Origin: Chthoniobacter flavus
GTDB lineage: Bacteria; Verrucomicrobiota; Verrucomicrobiia; Chthoniobacterales; CAKUMP01
Length of the DNA: 54,016 bases
Reading direction: 5' to 3'
Assembly (NCBI GenBank): GCA_020718605.1
Contig: DYRR01000001.1
Location: 1 to 54,016, forward strand
Part shown: positions 39,665 to 50,100 of the stretch, piece after piece
How the letters are laid out: every line of letters starts with the position of its first letter
Numbering within the stretch: the stretch's first letter is position 1
Notes under the pieces: model-generated
Databases searched by the model: none
Seen by the model: the letters and a program-made list of their open reading frames with translations, nothing else
Told to the model about the DNA's origin: nothing
Program-made: the position numbers and the translations under genes

Positions 39665-42600
39665 ATGAATCCACATTCTGTTCCGCTTCTTCACCCGACC
39701 CGTTCCCGCATCTCGCCGCGTGGAGGTCCCCTGGCAAAGGCACTCCTGTTGCCCCTTTTTATGGCAGCCACTCTGCACGCGGGAACGGACGTCGAGTTCA
39801 TCCGCGACTTCGGGACATTGCAGCCTTCCTCGACTTTTGAGCTTCGATTCGCCCGCCCCATGGTGGGTGCGGAGGAGATCGGTGCCGTTGTTCCCGAATC
39901 CCCGTTGGTGATCACTCCGCCATTATCCGGCAGTTTCACCTGGCTGAGCCGGCGCAGCGGTGTGTTTGTCCCTTCCGCCCCGCCGGCACTCGGCACGGAA
40001 TATCTCCTCACCACACGTCCCGGCCTCCGGGATGCCGGGGAAAAGCCGGTCGGCAAAGGCTTCCGCGAAATCGTCCGGACACCGGAATTCGGGGTGAGCG
40101 CCAGCGTGAGCGGTGTGTATGAAGCCGACAACGCGCCCGCCATTCCCGAGTCGAAGATCGGGTTCAATCTTGCGGTGTCCCTGGAAAATGCCCCGGATTT
40201 TTTTGTCTACCGCAACGACGCGGGCGTCGGGATTCCGGCGGCCGTGCGGCACGCAACCTTTGAGGATTATTTTCAAATGCCCATCGAGGCCGAGGACTGG
40301 CTGGAACGATGGAATTCCGCCCACAATCCCGCGGCTGCATCCGGCCCCGATTCGGACGAAGAGGAAATGGACGACGACACCAACGAACGGACCCAGCCTC
40401 GTCCGAACCGCCTCGTCGTGACACCGGTCCGTCCTCTCACCACGGGGTCGCTGTGGCGATTGGAAATGAAACCGGGAATCCGTGCGCGCGATCTGCCGGT
40501 GACAGTTGCCGCCCCGCTCACGCTTGCGCTGGGCCGGGTGCGCCCATTCCAACTGGAGAAGCTCACCGCATCCTCCTACATCCAATCGGGGCGGAGTCTC
40601 ACGATGACCTTTTCCAAAGCCCTGGCCCCCGACATCACGGAGGATAATGCCGGACGATTCATCCGGATCACCCCGCCCGTCGAAGGGCTTGCCTTTGAAG
40701 GAGGATGGAGTTCGTTCACCGTTCGCGGTGCGTTTGAGTTGGGCAAAGAATATCGGGTAACCCTCTCCGATGAAGTCGTCTCCGCAAACGGCCTGCCGTT
40801 GGAGGGCGACCGCACCCGCCCGATCACTTTTGCACCCGCAAAGCCGCGCGTCTATCTTCCCGCCATCACGGCGCATCAACTCCGGGGCGGCCGCCGTGAG
40901 TTCCAGGTTCTCTCGGCGAATCTCTCCTCTCTCAAAATCACGGCGCGCCGCGCCGATCCCGCGAACCTTTCCGCAACACTCGCCGCGTTTGAAAAAAGCT
41001 ACGCCAGGGAGCCCGACTACACCACGGAAGACATCGAACCGTACCAGCCCGTCCCGACGGAAACAATCGGTGGAGAGGTGCTTGCGGAGTGCCGCGTAAA
41101 CCTCTCGCCCGCACCGTTGGATGTCCGCCAGGATACCGTATTGAAGTGGAATGAATTTGTTCCGCCCGATACTGCGGGTGCCGTTTTTCTCACCGTCGAA
41201 GGCACGCCCCTTCCGGAAATCGGAGGCAGGACGCCGGGAGCACAGGCATTCGTCCAACTCACCGATCTGGGAGTGCTCTGGAAAGCTGCGGGACAGGATT
41301 TGATTGTCCGGGCGTTCTCCATGTCCACAGGCAAACCGCTTGCCGGCGTGTCGCTGCGGCTCACGGGCGGGGACGGATCCACCGTGCGGGAAGCCCGGAC
41401 GGACGACGAAGGCCAGGCCACCTTGAAAGCCGATTTCGAGCCGCAATGGCTCGTCGCCACGCTCGGCATGGACACCCACGCGCTCCGCATGGGTCCGCAG
41501 GCGCCATCCCTGCCGACCGCCGCATTCGGCATCCCGACACGCTACCACGAATGGGGCGCATCTCCCGCGTCCTCGGAGCCGCTGCGATGCCTGATTTTTT
41601 CCGACCGCCCGCTCTATCGTCCGAACGAATCGGTTCATGTGAAAGGCATCGTCCGTCGTGCGGGAAGCGCCGGGCTTTCGCTTCCCGGCGAATTGAATGC
41701 CGTGCTGGTGCTCTCCGATCCGCGTGGAATGGAAATCCACAAACAGCCCGTAACCCTTGGGGCCGGAGGATCGTTCGACACCCAACTGACCCCCGACTCC
41801 CCGAAAATGGGCCGCTTCAACCTGCGGCTGGAGTTTCCCGGATATCAGGGCGACACCTGGGGCGCGGGTTTTTCCTGTGCGTTTGAAATTGCGCAATATC
41901 AGCCGGACCCGTTCGAGATAAAGATCGCGGCGGCATCCAGACTGGTGCCAGCACAGGCCCTCACCGCCTCGGTCACGGGTTCCTATTACTTTGGCGGGCC
42001 GGTCGCCGATGCCCAGGTCGCCTGGACCCTGCAAATGCGATCCGTTCCGTTCGCACCGGAGGGGTATCCCGGGTTTGTTTTCGGCTCGACCGATGAAGAG
42101 GACCGCAAACCCTTCACCCTCTCCGGGCGCGGTGAGCTTGAAGGAAAAAATCCTTTCGAAGTGACCCCGGAAATCCCGGATCCCGAAAGCGGGCCCCAGG
42201 CGGGAACGCTCACCGTGGACGTCACCGATCCCAACGGCCAAACAGTCACCCAATCCCATGAATTCCTGCGGGACAGTTCGCCTGTTTATCTCGGGATTGC
42301 CTCACCGGAGCGGGTGGTGCGGACTGCGGGAGAATCTTTGTCCGTGCAGACAATCGCGGTATCCGCCTCGGGCCAGCCCGTGTCGGAAATCATGGATGTG
42401 GATGTCGAACTGGTTCGCATCGTGCATCGCGCGGTGCGTGTGAAGGGGGCGGGAAATGCCATTGGATTCCGCAACGAATCCACCGAGGAACCCGTCGCCC
42501 GCGCCAAAGGCGGCACACTCCCGCTTCGGCGTGACGGAGAGCAGTGGGTGGCTTCCGGTGGAGAGACCGCATCGGTGGTGCCACCCCGCGCCGGTCCCTA

Positions 42601-45391
42601 TGTCCTGCGGGCAAGCATGCCCGGTCCGAAAGGCGGACCCCGCATCATGACCGAGACATCCATTTTCGTCTCCGGCCGCGATGAAACCGCCTGGGATTAC
42701 CGCACTCCCTCCCAAGTGGATCTTGTTCCGGACAAATCCAGCTACGCCCCGGGCGAGACGGCCCGGGTGCTGGTGAAATCTCCGATGGCCGGCGACGCAT
42801 GGTTCACCATCGAACGCGGGGACGCCATCCTTCGCTCCTGGCATCAGCCTCTGGAAGGCAATGCGCCCGTGATAGAAATCCCGGTGCAAGGCACCGATGC
42901 GCCGAACTTGGTGGTCTCCATGGTGCTGCTGCGCGGTGCCCAACAAAGCACCCGCGCGGTGCCGCAGCCGGATTATCGCTACGGCATGTGCTCGCTGCGC
43001 GTGGTGGATTCCGCCACCAAGCTTGAAGTCACGATCCGGCCCACAAGTGACGATGTGCGCCCCGGCGACACGGTCGCGGCGGAGATCCTCGTGCGCGACG
43101 GAAATGGCAAGCCCACGCCGGACGCCGAAGTCACCTTCTGGGCGGCGGACGACGGCGTGCTGTCCATCACCGGATACGAACGTCCGATGCCATGGGACGA
43201 TTTTTCAGCCCCGATCCCCCTGCGGACCCGCCTGGGCCTCACGCTCATGGATTTGCTGCCGGAGGCGGTGGAAGACCGGCGGTTTTCCAATAAAGGCTAT
43301 CTTATTGGCGGCGGCGGCAGAGAGGGACCGGGCGCAAAAATTCGCACCGATTTTCCCGGCACGGCGTGTTGGATGCCATCGCTGCGCACCGACTCTGCGG
43401 GCGTGTTGCGGGTCACCTTCCGGGCGCCGGACGCGCTCACCCGATACCGGCTGCTGGCTGTCGCCCACACCGGAATCGCTTCGTTCGGATCGGCAGAATC
43501 TGCGGTCCGCATTTCCAAGCCCCTGCTCATTCTTCCATCCGTCCCGATGTTTGCCAATGAAGGCGACGAATGGCAGGCGCGGGCCATTGTCCGCAATGAC
43601 ACCGGGCACGACGCCCAGGTCGCGGTTGCGCTGGAACTGGACGCCACCGCAAAACATCAGGGTCCGCCATCCCAGGCAATCACCGTGCCCGCAGGCCAGA
43701 GCCTTCCGTTGATGTTTCCAGTGCAACTGGTGAAAACCGGCGCGGCCCGTTGGGTGTGGTCGGCAACGGTCGCCGGATCGGGCGGAGGCCCGCCCGCCCT
43801 TGAAGACCGGGTGGAGACAACACTGAACGTTCAATCCCCCGCGCTAATCCTGCGCGAAGTGTATGTGAGCGAGTTGCAGGACGCCTCCAACAATCTCCTC
43901 GAAGGAGTGAACCCCCAGATCCTCGAAGGTTCGGGAACAGGAACCGTCTCGCTCACCAACCATCGCCTGGGCACGGTGCGCGAGGCTGTGACCCGCCTGC
44001 TGGACTATCCCTACGGCTGCGCGGAGCAGACCACGTCCCGGCTTGTCCCTTGGCTGGTGTTGCCGGATCTGCGGCCCGCCATCGCGGGATCGGATCTGGA
44101 AAAGAAACTTGCCGACAGCGAGCGCAACATCAGGGAGGGAATCCGCACGCTGTTCTCCATGCAAACACCTTCGGGAGGACTCGGGTTCTGGCCCGGCGCG
44201 TCACGCCCTTCGCTCTTTGCCAGCGCCTATGCCGCCGCGGTTCTTTCCCGTGCTTCCGCACAGGAAATCTCTCTGCCGCCCGGCTGGGACAAATTGCTGG
44301 ATTATCTGGCCGAAGAACTGCGCGGACTCGACAAAAGCAAGTCCGAGGCGGCCTTGGAAGACAAAGTGCTCGCCGCGCTGGCTCTTGCCTGGAACGGACG
44401 CACCCAGGAATCCTATCTGGAAGAACTCTTCCGCCGCCGGGCGTCGCTCCCCATGGAGTCTCGCGCCCTGCTCGCTCTCGCCATTTGCGCGGGCGGACCT
44501 TCCGATGAACGTGTCGCGGATTTGTTGGACACAAAAAAATCCGCACCCGAAGCCGGACCACATTTCGGGGGTGCGGCCAGGGAACTTGCGGCTCGACTGC
44601 TGGCCTGGCAGGCATTCCAACCCCGCAACAAAGAGACCGCGCGACTCGCGGCGGAGCTGAACCGTGCCCGGGCCAATGGCCACTGGGGCACGACCCAGCA
44701 AGATGCGTGGGCACTGCTCGCATTTGCCCAGCTCGTGCGCGACTCCGGCCCCGCAAAACCCGTGTCCGGCGAAGTGGTGGTGAAAGACAAGCCCACCGCC
44801 TTTCTGCTCGACGCCAAGGTTCGGTCCTTTGAAATGCCGTTCGCCCTCGATCCGGCGGACGGCCCCGCAGAATTGCTGGTGCGCAATCCCCGGAAGCTGC
44901 CGCTCTTTGGAGAGGCGGCCTTTGAAATCGTACCACCGGCCACTCAACAACCCGCCCAAAACCGCGGGTTCGCCGTCTCGCGCTCCTATCAGGCGCTCGA
45001 ATCCGACGGATCGCTGCGGGCACCCGGCGAGCCGTTCCGGGTCGGCGACCGAGTGCTGGTGACCGTGCGCGTGGAAACACCGCGCACCTCCCATTTCGTT
45101 GCAATCAACGATCCTCTGCCATCGCTTTTCGAGGCCGTCAACCCGGCCTTCAAGAGCCGCGGAGGCGACTCCTCTCCGGGCCGCGATGGGGTCGCCGACC
45201 ACCGCGAGATGCGGGCCGACCGGGTGCTGTTTTTCTGCGATCACCTGCCGCCGGGCGCGCATGTCTTCCGCTATCTCGCCCGTGTCCGCACGGCTGGCAG
45301 TGCCTCCGCACCCGCATCGAAGGCCGAGGAAATGTACCGCCCGGAACGGTTCGGCCTTGGCACGATCGAAACCCTCATCACGCGCGAGTAA
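39665..45391 (+). CDS. Alpha-2-macroglobulin family protein 1 (1908 aa, thioester motif CAEQ)
   Basis: The ATG at 39665 gives the signal peptide ...[14 protein letters not shown]. Multiple MG-like beta domains and the thioester context [15 protein letters not shown] (Cys codon 44018-44020). The ORF-track start at 38822 is an upstream read-through that overlaps the divergent gene. Confidence 0.9.
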   Translation: MNPHSVPLLHPTRSRISPRGGPLAKALLLPLFMAATLHAGTDVEFIRDFGTLQPSSTFELRFARPMVGAEEIGAVVPESPLVITPPLSGSFTWLSRRSGVFVPSAPPALGTEYLLTTRPGLRDAGEKPVGKGFREIVRTPEFGVSASVSGVYEADNAPAIPESKIGFNLAVSLENAPDFFVYRNDAGVGIPAAVRHATFEDYFQMPIEAEDWLERWNSAHNPAAASGPDSDEEEMDDDTNERTQPRPNRLVVTPVRPLTTGSLWRLEMKPGIRARDLPVTVAAPLTLALGRVRPFQLEKLTASSYIQSGRSLTMTFSKALAPDITEDNAGRFIRITPPVEGLAFEGGWSSFTVRGAFELGKEYRVTLSDEVVSANGLPLEGDRTRPITFAPAKPRVYLPAITAHQLRGGRREFQVLSANLSSLKITARRADPANLSATLAAFEKSYAREPDYTTEDIEPYQPVPTETIGGEVLAECRVNLSPAPLDVRQDTVLKWNEFVPPDTAGAVFLTVEGTPLPEIGGRTPGAQAFVQLTDLGVLWKAAGQDLIVRAFSMSTGKPLAGVSLRLTGGDGSTVREARTDDEGQATLKADFEPQWLVATLGMDTHALRMGPQAPSLPTAAFGIPTRYHEWGASPASSEPLRCLIFSDRPLYRPNESVHVKGIVRRAGSAGLSLPGELNAVLVLSDPRGMEIHKQPVTLGAGGSFDTQLTPDSPKMGRFNLRLEFPGYQGDTWGAGFSCAFEIAQYQPDPFEIKIAAASRLVPAQALTASVTGSYYFGGPVADAQVAWTLQMRSVPFAPEGYPGFVFGSTDEEDRKPFTLSGRGELEGKNPFEVTPEIPDPESGPQAGTLTVDVTDPNGQTVTQSHEFLRDSSPVYLGIASPERVVRTAGESLSVQTIAVSASGQPVSEIMDVDVELVRIVHRAVRVKGAGNAIGFRNESTEEPVARAKGGTLPLRRDGEQWVASGGETASVVPPRAGPYVLRASMPGPKGGPRIMTETSIFVSGRDETAWDYRTPSQVDLVPDKSSYAPGETARVLVKSPMAGDAWFTIERGDAILRSWHQPLEGNAPVIEIPVQGTDAPNLVVSMVLLRGAQQSTRAVPQPDYRYGMCSLRVVDSATKLEVTIRPTSDDVRPGDTVAAEILVRDGNGKPTPDAEVTFWAADDGVLSITGYERPMPWDDFSAPIPLRTRLGLTLMDLLPEAVEDRRFSNKGYLIGGGGREGPGAKIRTDFPGTACWMPSLRTDSAGVLRVTFRAPDALTRYRLLAVAHTGIASFGSAESAVRISKPLLILPSVPMFANEGDEWQARAIVRNDTGHDAQVAVALELDATAKHQGPPSQAITVPAGQSLPLMFPVQLVKTGAARWVWSATVAGSGGGPPALEDRVETTLNVQSPALILREVYVSELQDASNNLLEGVNPQILEGSGTGTVSLTNHRLGTVREAVTRLLDYPYGCAEQTTSRLVPWLVLPDLRPAIAGSDLEKKLADSERNIREGIRTLFSMQTPSGGLGFWPGASRPSLFASAYAAAVLSRASAQEISLPPGWDKLLDYLAEELRGLDKSKSEAALEDKVLAALALAWNGRTQESYLEELFRRRASLPMESRALLALAICAGGPSDERVADLLDTKKSAPEAGPHFGGAARELAARLLAWQAFQPRNKETARLAAELNRARANGHWGTTQQDAWALLAFAQLVRDSGPAKPVSGEVVVKDKPTAFLLDAKVRSFEMPFALDPADGPAELLVRNPRKLPLFGEAAFEIVPPATQQPAQNRGFAVSRSYQALESDGSLRAPGEPFRVGDRVLVTVRVETPRTSHFVAINDPLPSLFEAVNPAFKSRGGDSSPGRDGVADHREMRADRVLFFCDHLPPGAHVFRYLARVRTAGSASAPASKAEEMYRPERFGLGTIETLITRE

Positions 45392-45392
45392 C

Positions 45393-45740
45393 ATCGAAAA
45401 AGACTCGTCTCGGGGCGTGGATTATGTCGCTTTCATCCGGCGGTTCGCCGACCGTATTTTCCATGTCCACATGAAGGATGCCGCATGGAATCTGGGCTCC
45501 GAGGCCGGCGTGTTCGGAGGTCATGTGGATTTTCACCGGCCCGAGTGCTTCTGGGATTTCAAGAGCGTCGGACGCGGGGACATTGACTTCGAAAAAATCA
45601 TCCGGGCACTCAATGACATCGGCTATGCCGGGCCGCTCAGCGTCGAGTGGGAGGATGGCGGCATGGACCGCGAGCATGGCGCGGAGGAAAGTTGCGCCTG
45701 TGTGCGCGACATGGATTTTCCGCCGTCGCAGGTGATCTTC
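45393..45740 (+). pseudogene. 5'-truncated sugar phosphate isomerase/epimerase (xylose isomerase-like TIM barrel), C-terminal ~115 codons only
   Basis: The translation ...[21 protein letters not shown]...[53 protein letters not shown] matches the C-terminal third of this family as I recall it. It starts immediately after the A2M stop and has no N-terminal two-thirds. Its proper C-terminus is displaced to 47027-47080. Confidence 0.6.
45707..45740 (+). repeat. Left copy of 34-bp imperfect direct repeat
   Basis: GACATGGATTTTCCGCCGTCGCAGGTGATCTTCG compared with 47024-47057 GACATGGAATTTCCGCCGTCGCGGTTGGTCTTCG: 30 of 34 identical by my alignment. Confidence 0.8.
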
Positions 45741-45749
45741 GTATTTCTA

Positions 45750-46334
45750 GCACGCAAGTCATTGTGCCTCTATGATGTTCTACTCAAACTCGGAACACCC
45801 CCAATTCAGTGCTGTGTAGTTAGCGACCGGGTTCTTGACATGCAGCTTGAACCCTTTCGTGACAAGCACGTGGCACTTGTCGATGACACACTGATACTGG
45901 GCACCAGCTTGGCGAAAGCGAAGCAGACGCTTGAGGATGCCGGAGCTCGTGTGAGCACTCACGTCTTCTGCTTGGATCAGCGATGGCATTGTCCTTCCCT
46001 GATCGTCCCCGACAGCACAGCCGTCGAAACCAGCGATGATCGAATCATGACCTTTTGCACCGGAGAGGTGCGCGCGTTGTCAATTGTGCCACGGCCCTAC
46101 CTGGTCGATTTTCCACTCACTCGACAGTTTCGCTTAAAGACCACCGAGTTGGATTGCCTGCTGGCACAGACCGGCTGGACCCCTTTTTTTTGCCGCCACC
46201 GCGCCCAGCGAATGCCGCAAGAAGCTCGACGTTCCCGAGTTCGAGTGTCACGGGTTCCGCGACAGAAAGAACAAAGCGCGACTCTATCAGCAGCCTTGGA
46301 ATCGTTGAAAAGCCGCCTCGCCAACGGCATATAA
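45750..46334 (+). pseudogene. Fragment of a type I phosphoribosyltransferase-domain gene (N-terminally truncated, probably frameshifted near a T8 run)
   Basis: PRPP-binding loop [19 protein letters not shown] (about 45870-45908). No start codon or N-terminal half is present. The homopolymer TTTTTTTT sits at ~46183-46190, after which an alternative frame looks more protein-like. The boundaries are approximate. Confidence 0.5.
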
Positions 46335-46342
46335 GGCCGGTA

Positions 46343-46828
46343 ATGTTGCGAACAATGCGCATACCGACCCTCTATCTGGACACCTCGGTTCTGGGCGGCT
46401 ACTTCGACGACGAGTGGAAGCAGCCCACCCAGGAGCTTTGGCGGCAGATGAAAGCCGGGTTGTGGCGGTTCATCTGCTCCGACGTGACGACTGGCGAAAT
46501 CGAAGGTGCTCCTGGGAGGGTCCGAAACCTCTTCCTCGCCACGTTCCCGCCTGAAACACTGATCGAAACCACTGATGAAATGCAGTCCCTGGCGGCGGCC
46601 TACGTCGCCCAAGGCGTCGTCACCGCGAAATACGAGGACGATGCCCGCCATGTCGCAGCCTGCACGGTCTCGGCCATCAATCTCTTGGTGAGTTGAAACT
46701 TCCGGCACCTCGTCAGCGTGCAGCGGGAAACCGGCTTCAATGCCGTGAACCTATTGCAGGGATACCAAACCATCCGTATAATAAGCCCAATGGAGTTGAT
46801 CTATGGAAACCAAGACGAAAACCTTTGA
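46343..46828 (+). pseudogene. PIN-domain (VapC-like) toxin gene interrupted by an in-frame TGA at a conserved Trp
   Basis: IPTLYLDTSVLGGYFDDEW..., DARHVAAC..., then LLVS-TGA(46694-46696)-NFRHLV...FNAVN...IISPMEL. Related proteins, as I recall them, read LVSWNF(K/R)H, so TGG->TGA is the simplest reading. Confidence 0.7.
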
Positions 46829-46994
46829 TGCCGTGGCCGAATCCCGAAAATGGCGGGAGGCCACCAGCCGCAAACTCAACGCAATGAGCCGCGAGAAGCG
46901 CCTCGAATACCTCCGCCAAGTCCGCGAACGCTACGCGGCGGAATACGCAGCCCATCACGCCGAGAGCGGTCACGCCACCGCTTCTTCCTCCTAG
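46803..46994 (+). CDS. Small partner ORF downstream of and overlapping the PIN gene (putative antitoxin-like)
   Basis: 63 aa: METKTKTFDAVAESRKWREATSRKLNAMSREKRLEYLRQVRERY... It overlaps the PIN reading frame end by 26 nt. The call rests on context and sequence character only. Confidence 0.5.
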   Translation: METKTKTFDAVAESRKWREATSRKLNAMSREKRLEYLRQVRERYAAEYAAHHAESGHATASSS

Positions 46995-47023
46995 CTGCTT
47001 GTCGGTCTTGATCCCGGGGGGCC

Positions 47024-47080
47024 GACATGGAATTTCCGCCGTCGCGGTTGGTCTTCGACGCGCAGTTTGCAAAGGAATAA
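47024..47080 (+). pseudogene. Displaced 3' end of the sugar phosphate isomerase gene (includes the right copy of the direct repeat)
   Basis: Reads (D)MEFPPSRLVFDAQFAKE-stop, the expected family C-terminus that continues the sequence interrupted at 45740. The right repeat is 47024-47057. Confidence 0.6.
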
Positions 47081-47125
47081 CGGCTGGCGGATTAATATTT
47101 CATCCGCGTGTCCGTTGAATAGGAT

Positions 47126-50100
47126 ATGCGCATGAAAATTCCGGGTTTTCTTTTCCTTCTGTGCGGACTCGCGATGTCCGCACTGGCCGCTCAACCCTTC
47201 GATGCGGAGTTGGCCGCCTATGAAAAGGCGAAGCGGGACAACCTCCCCAAGACGGCGTTGGAGATACTCGCAACCATCGAGAAATCCGCCCTCGACTCCC
47301 GGGATTGGGGCCATGCGCTGCTGGCCATCGCCCGCAGGATCGAGACCCGGGCGGAACTGGAATCCGATCCGCCCGCGGAATCCGTTCGTTTGGTCGAAGC
47401 GGAACTCTCCGGCGCCTCCCCGGAAATCAAGCCGCTGCTGCACACCCTTCGCGCGTTTTACTATTGGCATTTTTATCAAATGAACCGACACCGGTTTCTG
47501 GGCCGCACCCGCACCGAGCGGCCCCCGGGCGATGACTTCACCACCTGGGATCTGCCGCGGATTCTTGCCCGGATCCATGAATCGTTTCAGGAGGCCCTGG
47601 CGGACCGTAAATTTCTGCAAAAGACCGCTCCGGTGCAGTTTGTTCCGTTTTTCGAAATGAAATCCGAAGTGAATGCACGATTCCGTCCGACCCTATTCGA
47701 CGTGATCGCGCACGAGGCGCTCGCATTCTATTCCTCGCCGGAACAGAACGGAGCGCTGCCCGGCGAGGCTCTGTCGGCTTCGGATCCCGTCTTCGATGAG
47801 GCTTTTCTGGCCTGGCAACCCATGCCGGAGGACTCGGCAATGGCGCGCGCCGCGCGGCTGTATCAGGATCTGCTGCGATTCCATGAGAAAGATGAGGATC
47901 GTTCCGCCTTTGCAGCGGCGGATCTGGACCGGATTATTTGGGGAGGACAGTCCATGGTGGGGGAGGTCGCGGGCGAGTGCTACCGGGCCGCGCTCCGGCG
48001 ATTTTCGGATGAGTGGAAATCCGACGAGATCTCACTGTTATCCCAATGGCATCTGGCCATGTCTCTGCGGGAAGACGCACCGGCGGAAGCCCGGGCACTG
48101 ATGCTGAAGGCGGTGGAGGCTTTTCCGAAAAGTCTCTTTGCGGATCAAAGCCGCAGTCTCGTCAAATCGATTGAGGCGCCCACGATGCAAATCCACACCG
48201 GGCGCGTCTGGAGCGCCTCGGATCGCGGGGTCACGGTCAATTATCGCAACCTGAGCCGTGTTCATTTCCGCCTGGTCCGCCGGGATTGGGACGACGCACA
48301 GGGCGAAGACCGCTTTTCCAACCCCGATCAACCTTCCCACAAACGGATGCTTGGTGCGTGGAAAAGTGGCGACGGTATCGCGTGGAGCGCGGATCTCGAA
48401 CCAACGGGGGATTTTCGCGAGCGGACTCAGAATGTCGCCGGTCCTGAAAAAATCGCCCCGGGATTTTACTATCTCATCGCCAGTGCGCGCGAAGATTTTG
48501 GGAATGAGAACAACGACGTCTCCATCACTCCGGTGTGGGTGAGCGACCTGGCGCTGTTGCTTCGGACCGTGGAAAATCGCGTCGAGGGATTGGTGCTGGA
48601 AGCGGAGTCCGGCGAACCGGTCGGGAACGCGCGGGTGGAGATGTGGTATTTCACCGACACCGGCAAACGCCTGCGCGGAACCGAAGCACGGACGGATGAG
48701 CATGGTTCGTTCACCATCACTCCGGAGGATGGCAACCGCAGCCTGCTGCTCAAAGCCTCCGCAACCATTCGCGGCGTCGCGCAGTCGGTCGCCGCGATGA
48801 ACCAGGTTCATGTGGGGGGCAAACCACAGCCTGAAAGAAAGGAAAACGTGGTTCTGTTCACAGACCGCGCCCTGTATCGGCCCGGACAAATGATCCACTT
48901 CAAGGGAATCTTCACCGAAATGAGCACGGACCGCACGGAGGGTCGTGCGGTGGACGCGCGCACGGTGAACATGGAACTGCTGGACGCGAATGGACGGCTA
49001 GTGGAATCCGCCCGCCTCAAGACCAATGCCTTCGGATCGTTCAGCGGGTCGTTCACCGCTCCGACCGGCGCGAATACCGGTCCCATGACGCTCCGCACCG
49101 CCTTCGGCATGGTGCGGGTGCGGGTCGAAGAATACAAGCGGCCCAAGTTTCAGGTGACACTCGACAAGCCCACGGAGGCACCGCGTTTGAACGAGCAGGT
49201 CAAGCTGAAGGGGATGGCGGAAAATTACACCGGCGCACCTGTCGATGGCGGCAAGGTCGCGTGGCGGGTGACCCGACTGGTCCGTTGGCCCGCCTGGGGT
49301 TTCTGCCGGATTGTTCCGCCTGCGGCGCTGGAATCCGCCGCTGTCGCGCACGGCACCGCAACCACGGCGGCGGACGGCACATTTGAAATTTCATTCCAGG
49401 CATTGCCCGACCCGAAAGCTCTGGAAGCACTCAACCCGGTCTTCACCTATGCGGTTCATGCGGACGTTACGGATGGTGCCGGAGAAACCCGGTCGGCCTC
49501 GGAGAATGTGGAGATCGGATTCACGGCCCTGCGCACCCGGATCACCTCGGAGGAATGGCAGACAACCGGCAAGCCGGTGCTTCTGCAGATCAGTTCGACC
49601 GCCCTGGACGGCATCACGGTGGCGGACTCTGCGGGCACTGTGAAAATTCATCGCCTCGTTCCGCCCGACCGGGTGCACCGTGCGCCGCTGGAGAATTCGC
49701 CCATGAACAAACCGGCGGAGGATCTTTCCGACCCGCGCAACTGGGAACCGGGCGAGGTGGTTTCGACGCTCCCGTTCCAGACCAAGGACGGCGCGGCTTC
49801 GCTGGAGGCCTCCCTGCAACGGGGGGCGTATCTGATCGTGCTGGAGACAAAGGATCGGTTCGGAAAAAAAGTCGTCTCTGAAGAGCTGATCCGGGTGCTT
49901 GATCCCGGCGCGAAGAATCTCGGCATCCGGGTCCCCACCATGCTGACCGCTTCCCAGTGGCAGACGGAACCCGGAACAGATTTTGTGGCGCTCTGGGGAA
50001 CGGGCTATGACACCGGACGCGCCCTCGTGGAAATCCGACAGGGTTCGAAGCGGCTCCGCCGTTTCTGGACGGAACCCGGACGCACCCAGCAGGAAATCCG

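Noticed and set aside
46694-46696. Possibility that the in-frame TGA in the PIN gene is read as Trp or Sec.
   Set aside because: Many well-defined genes in the window terminate with TGA at the expected protein end (for example metH and trpC). I see no SECIS-like context, and the gene lies within obviously decayed DNA.
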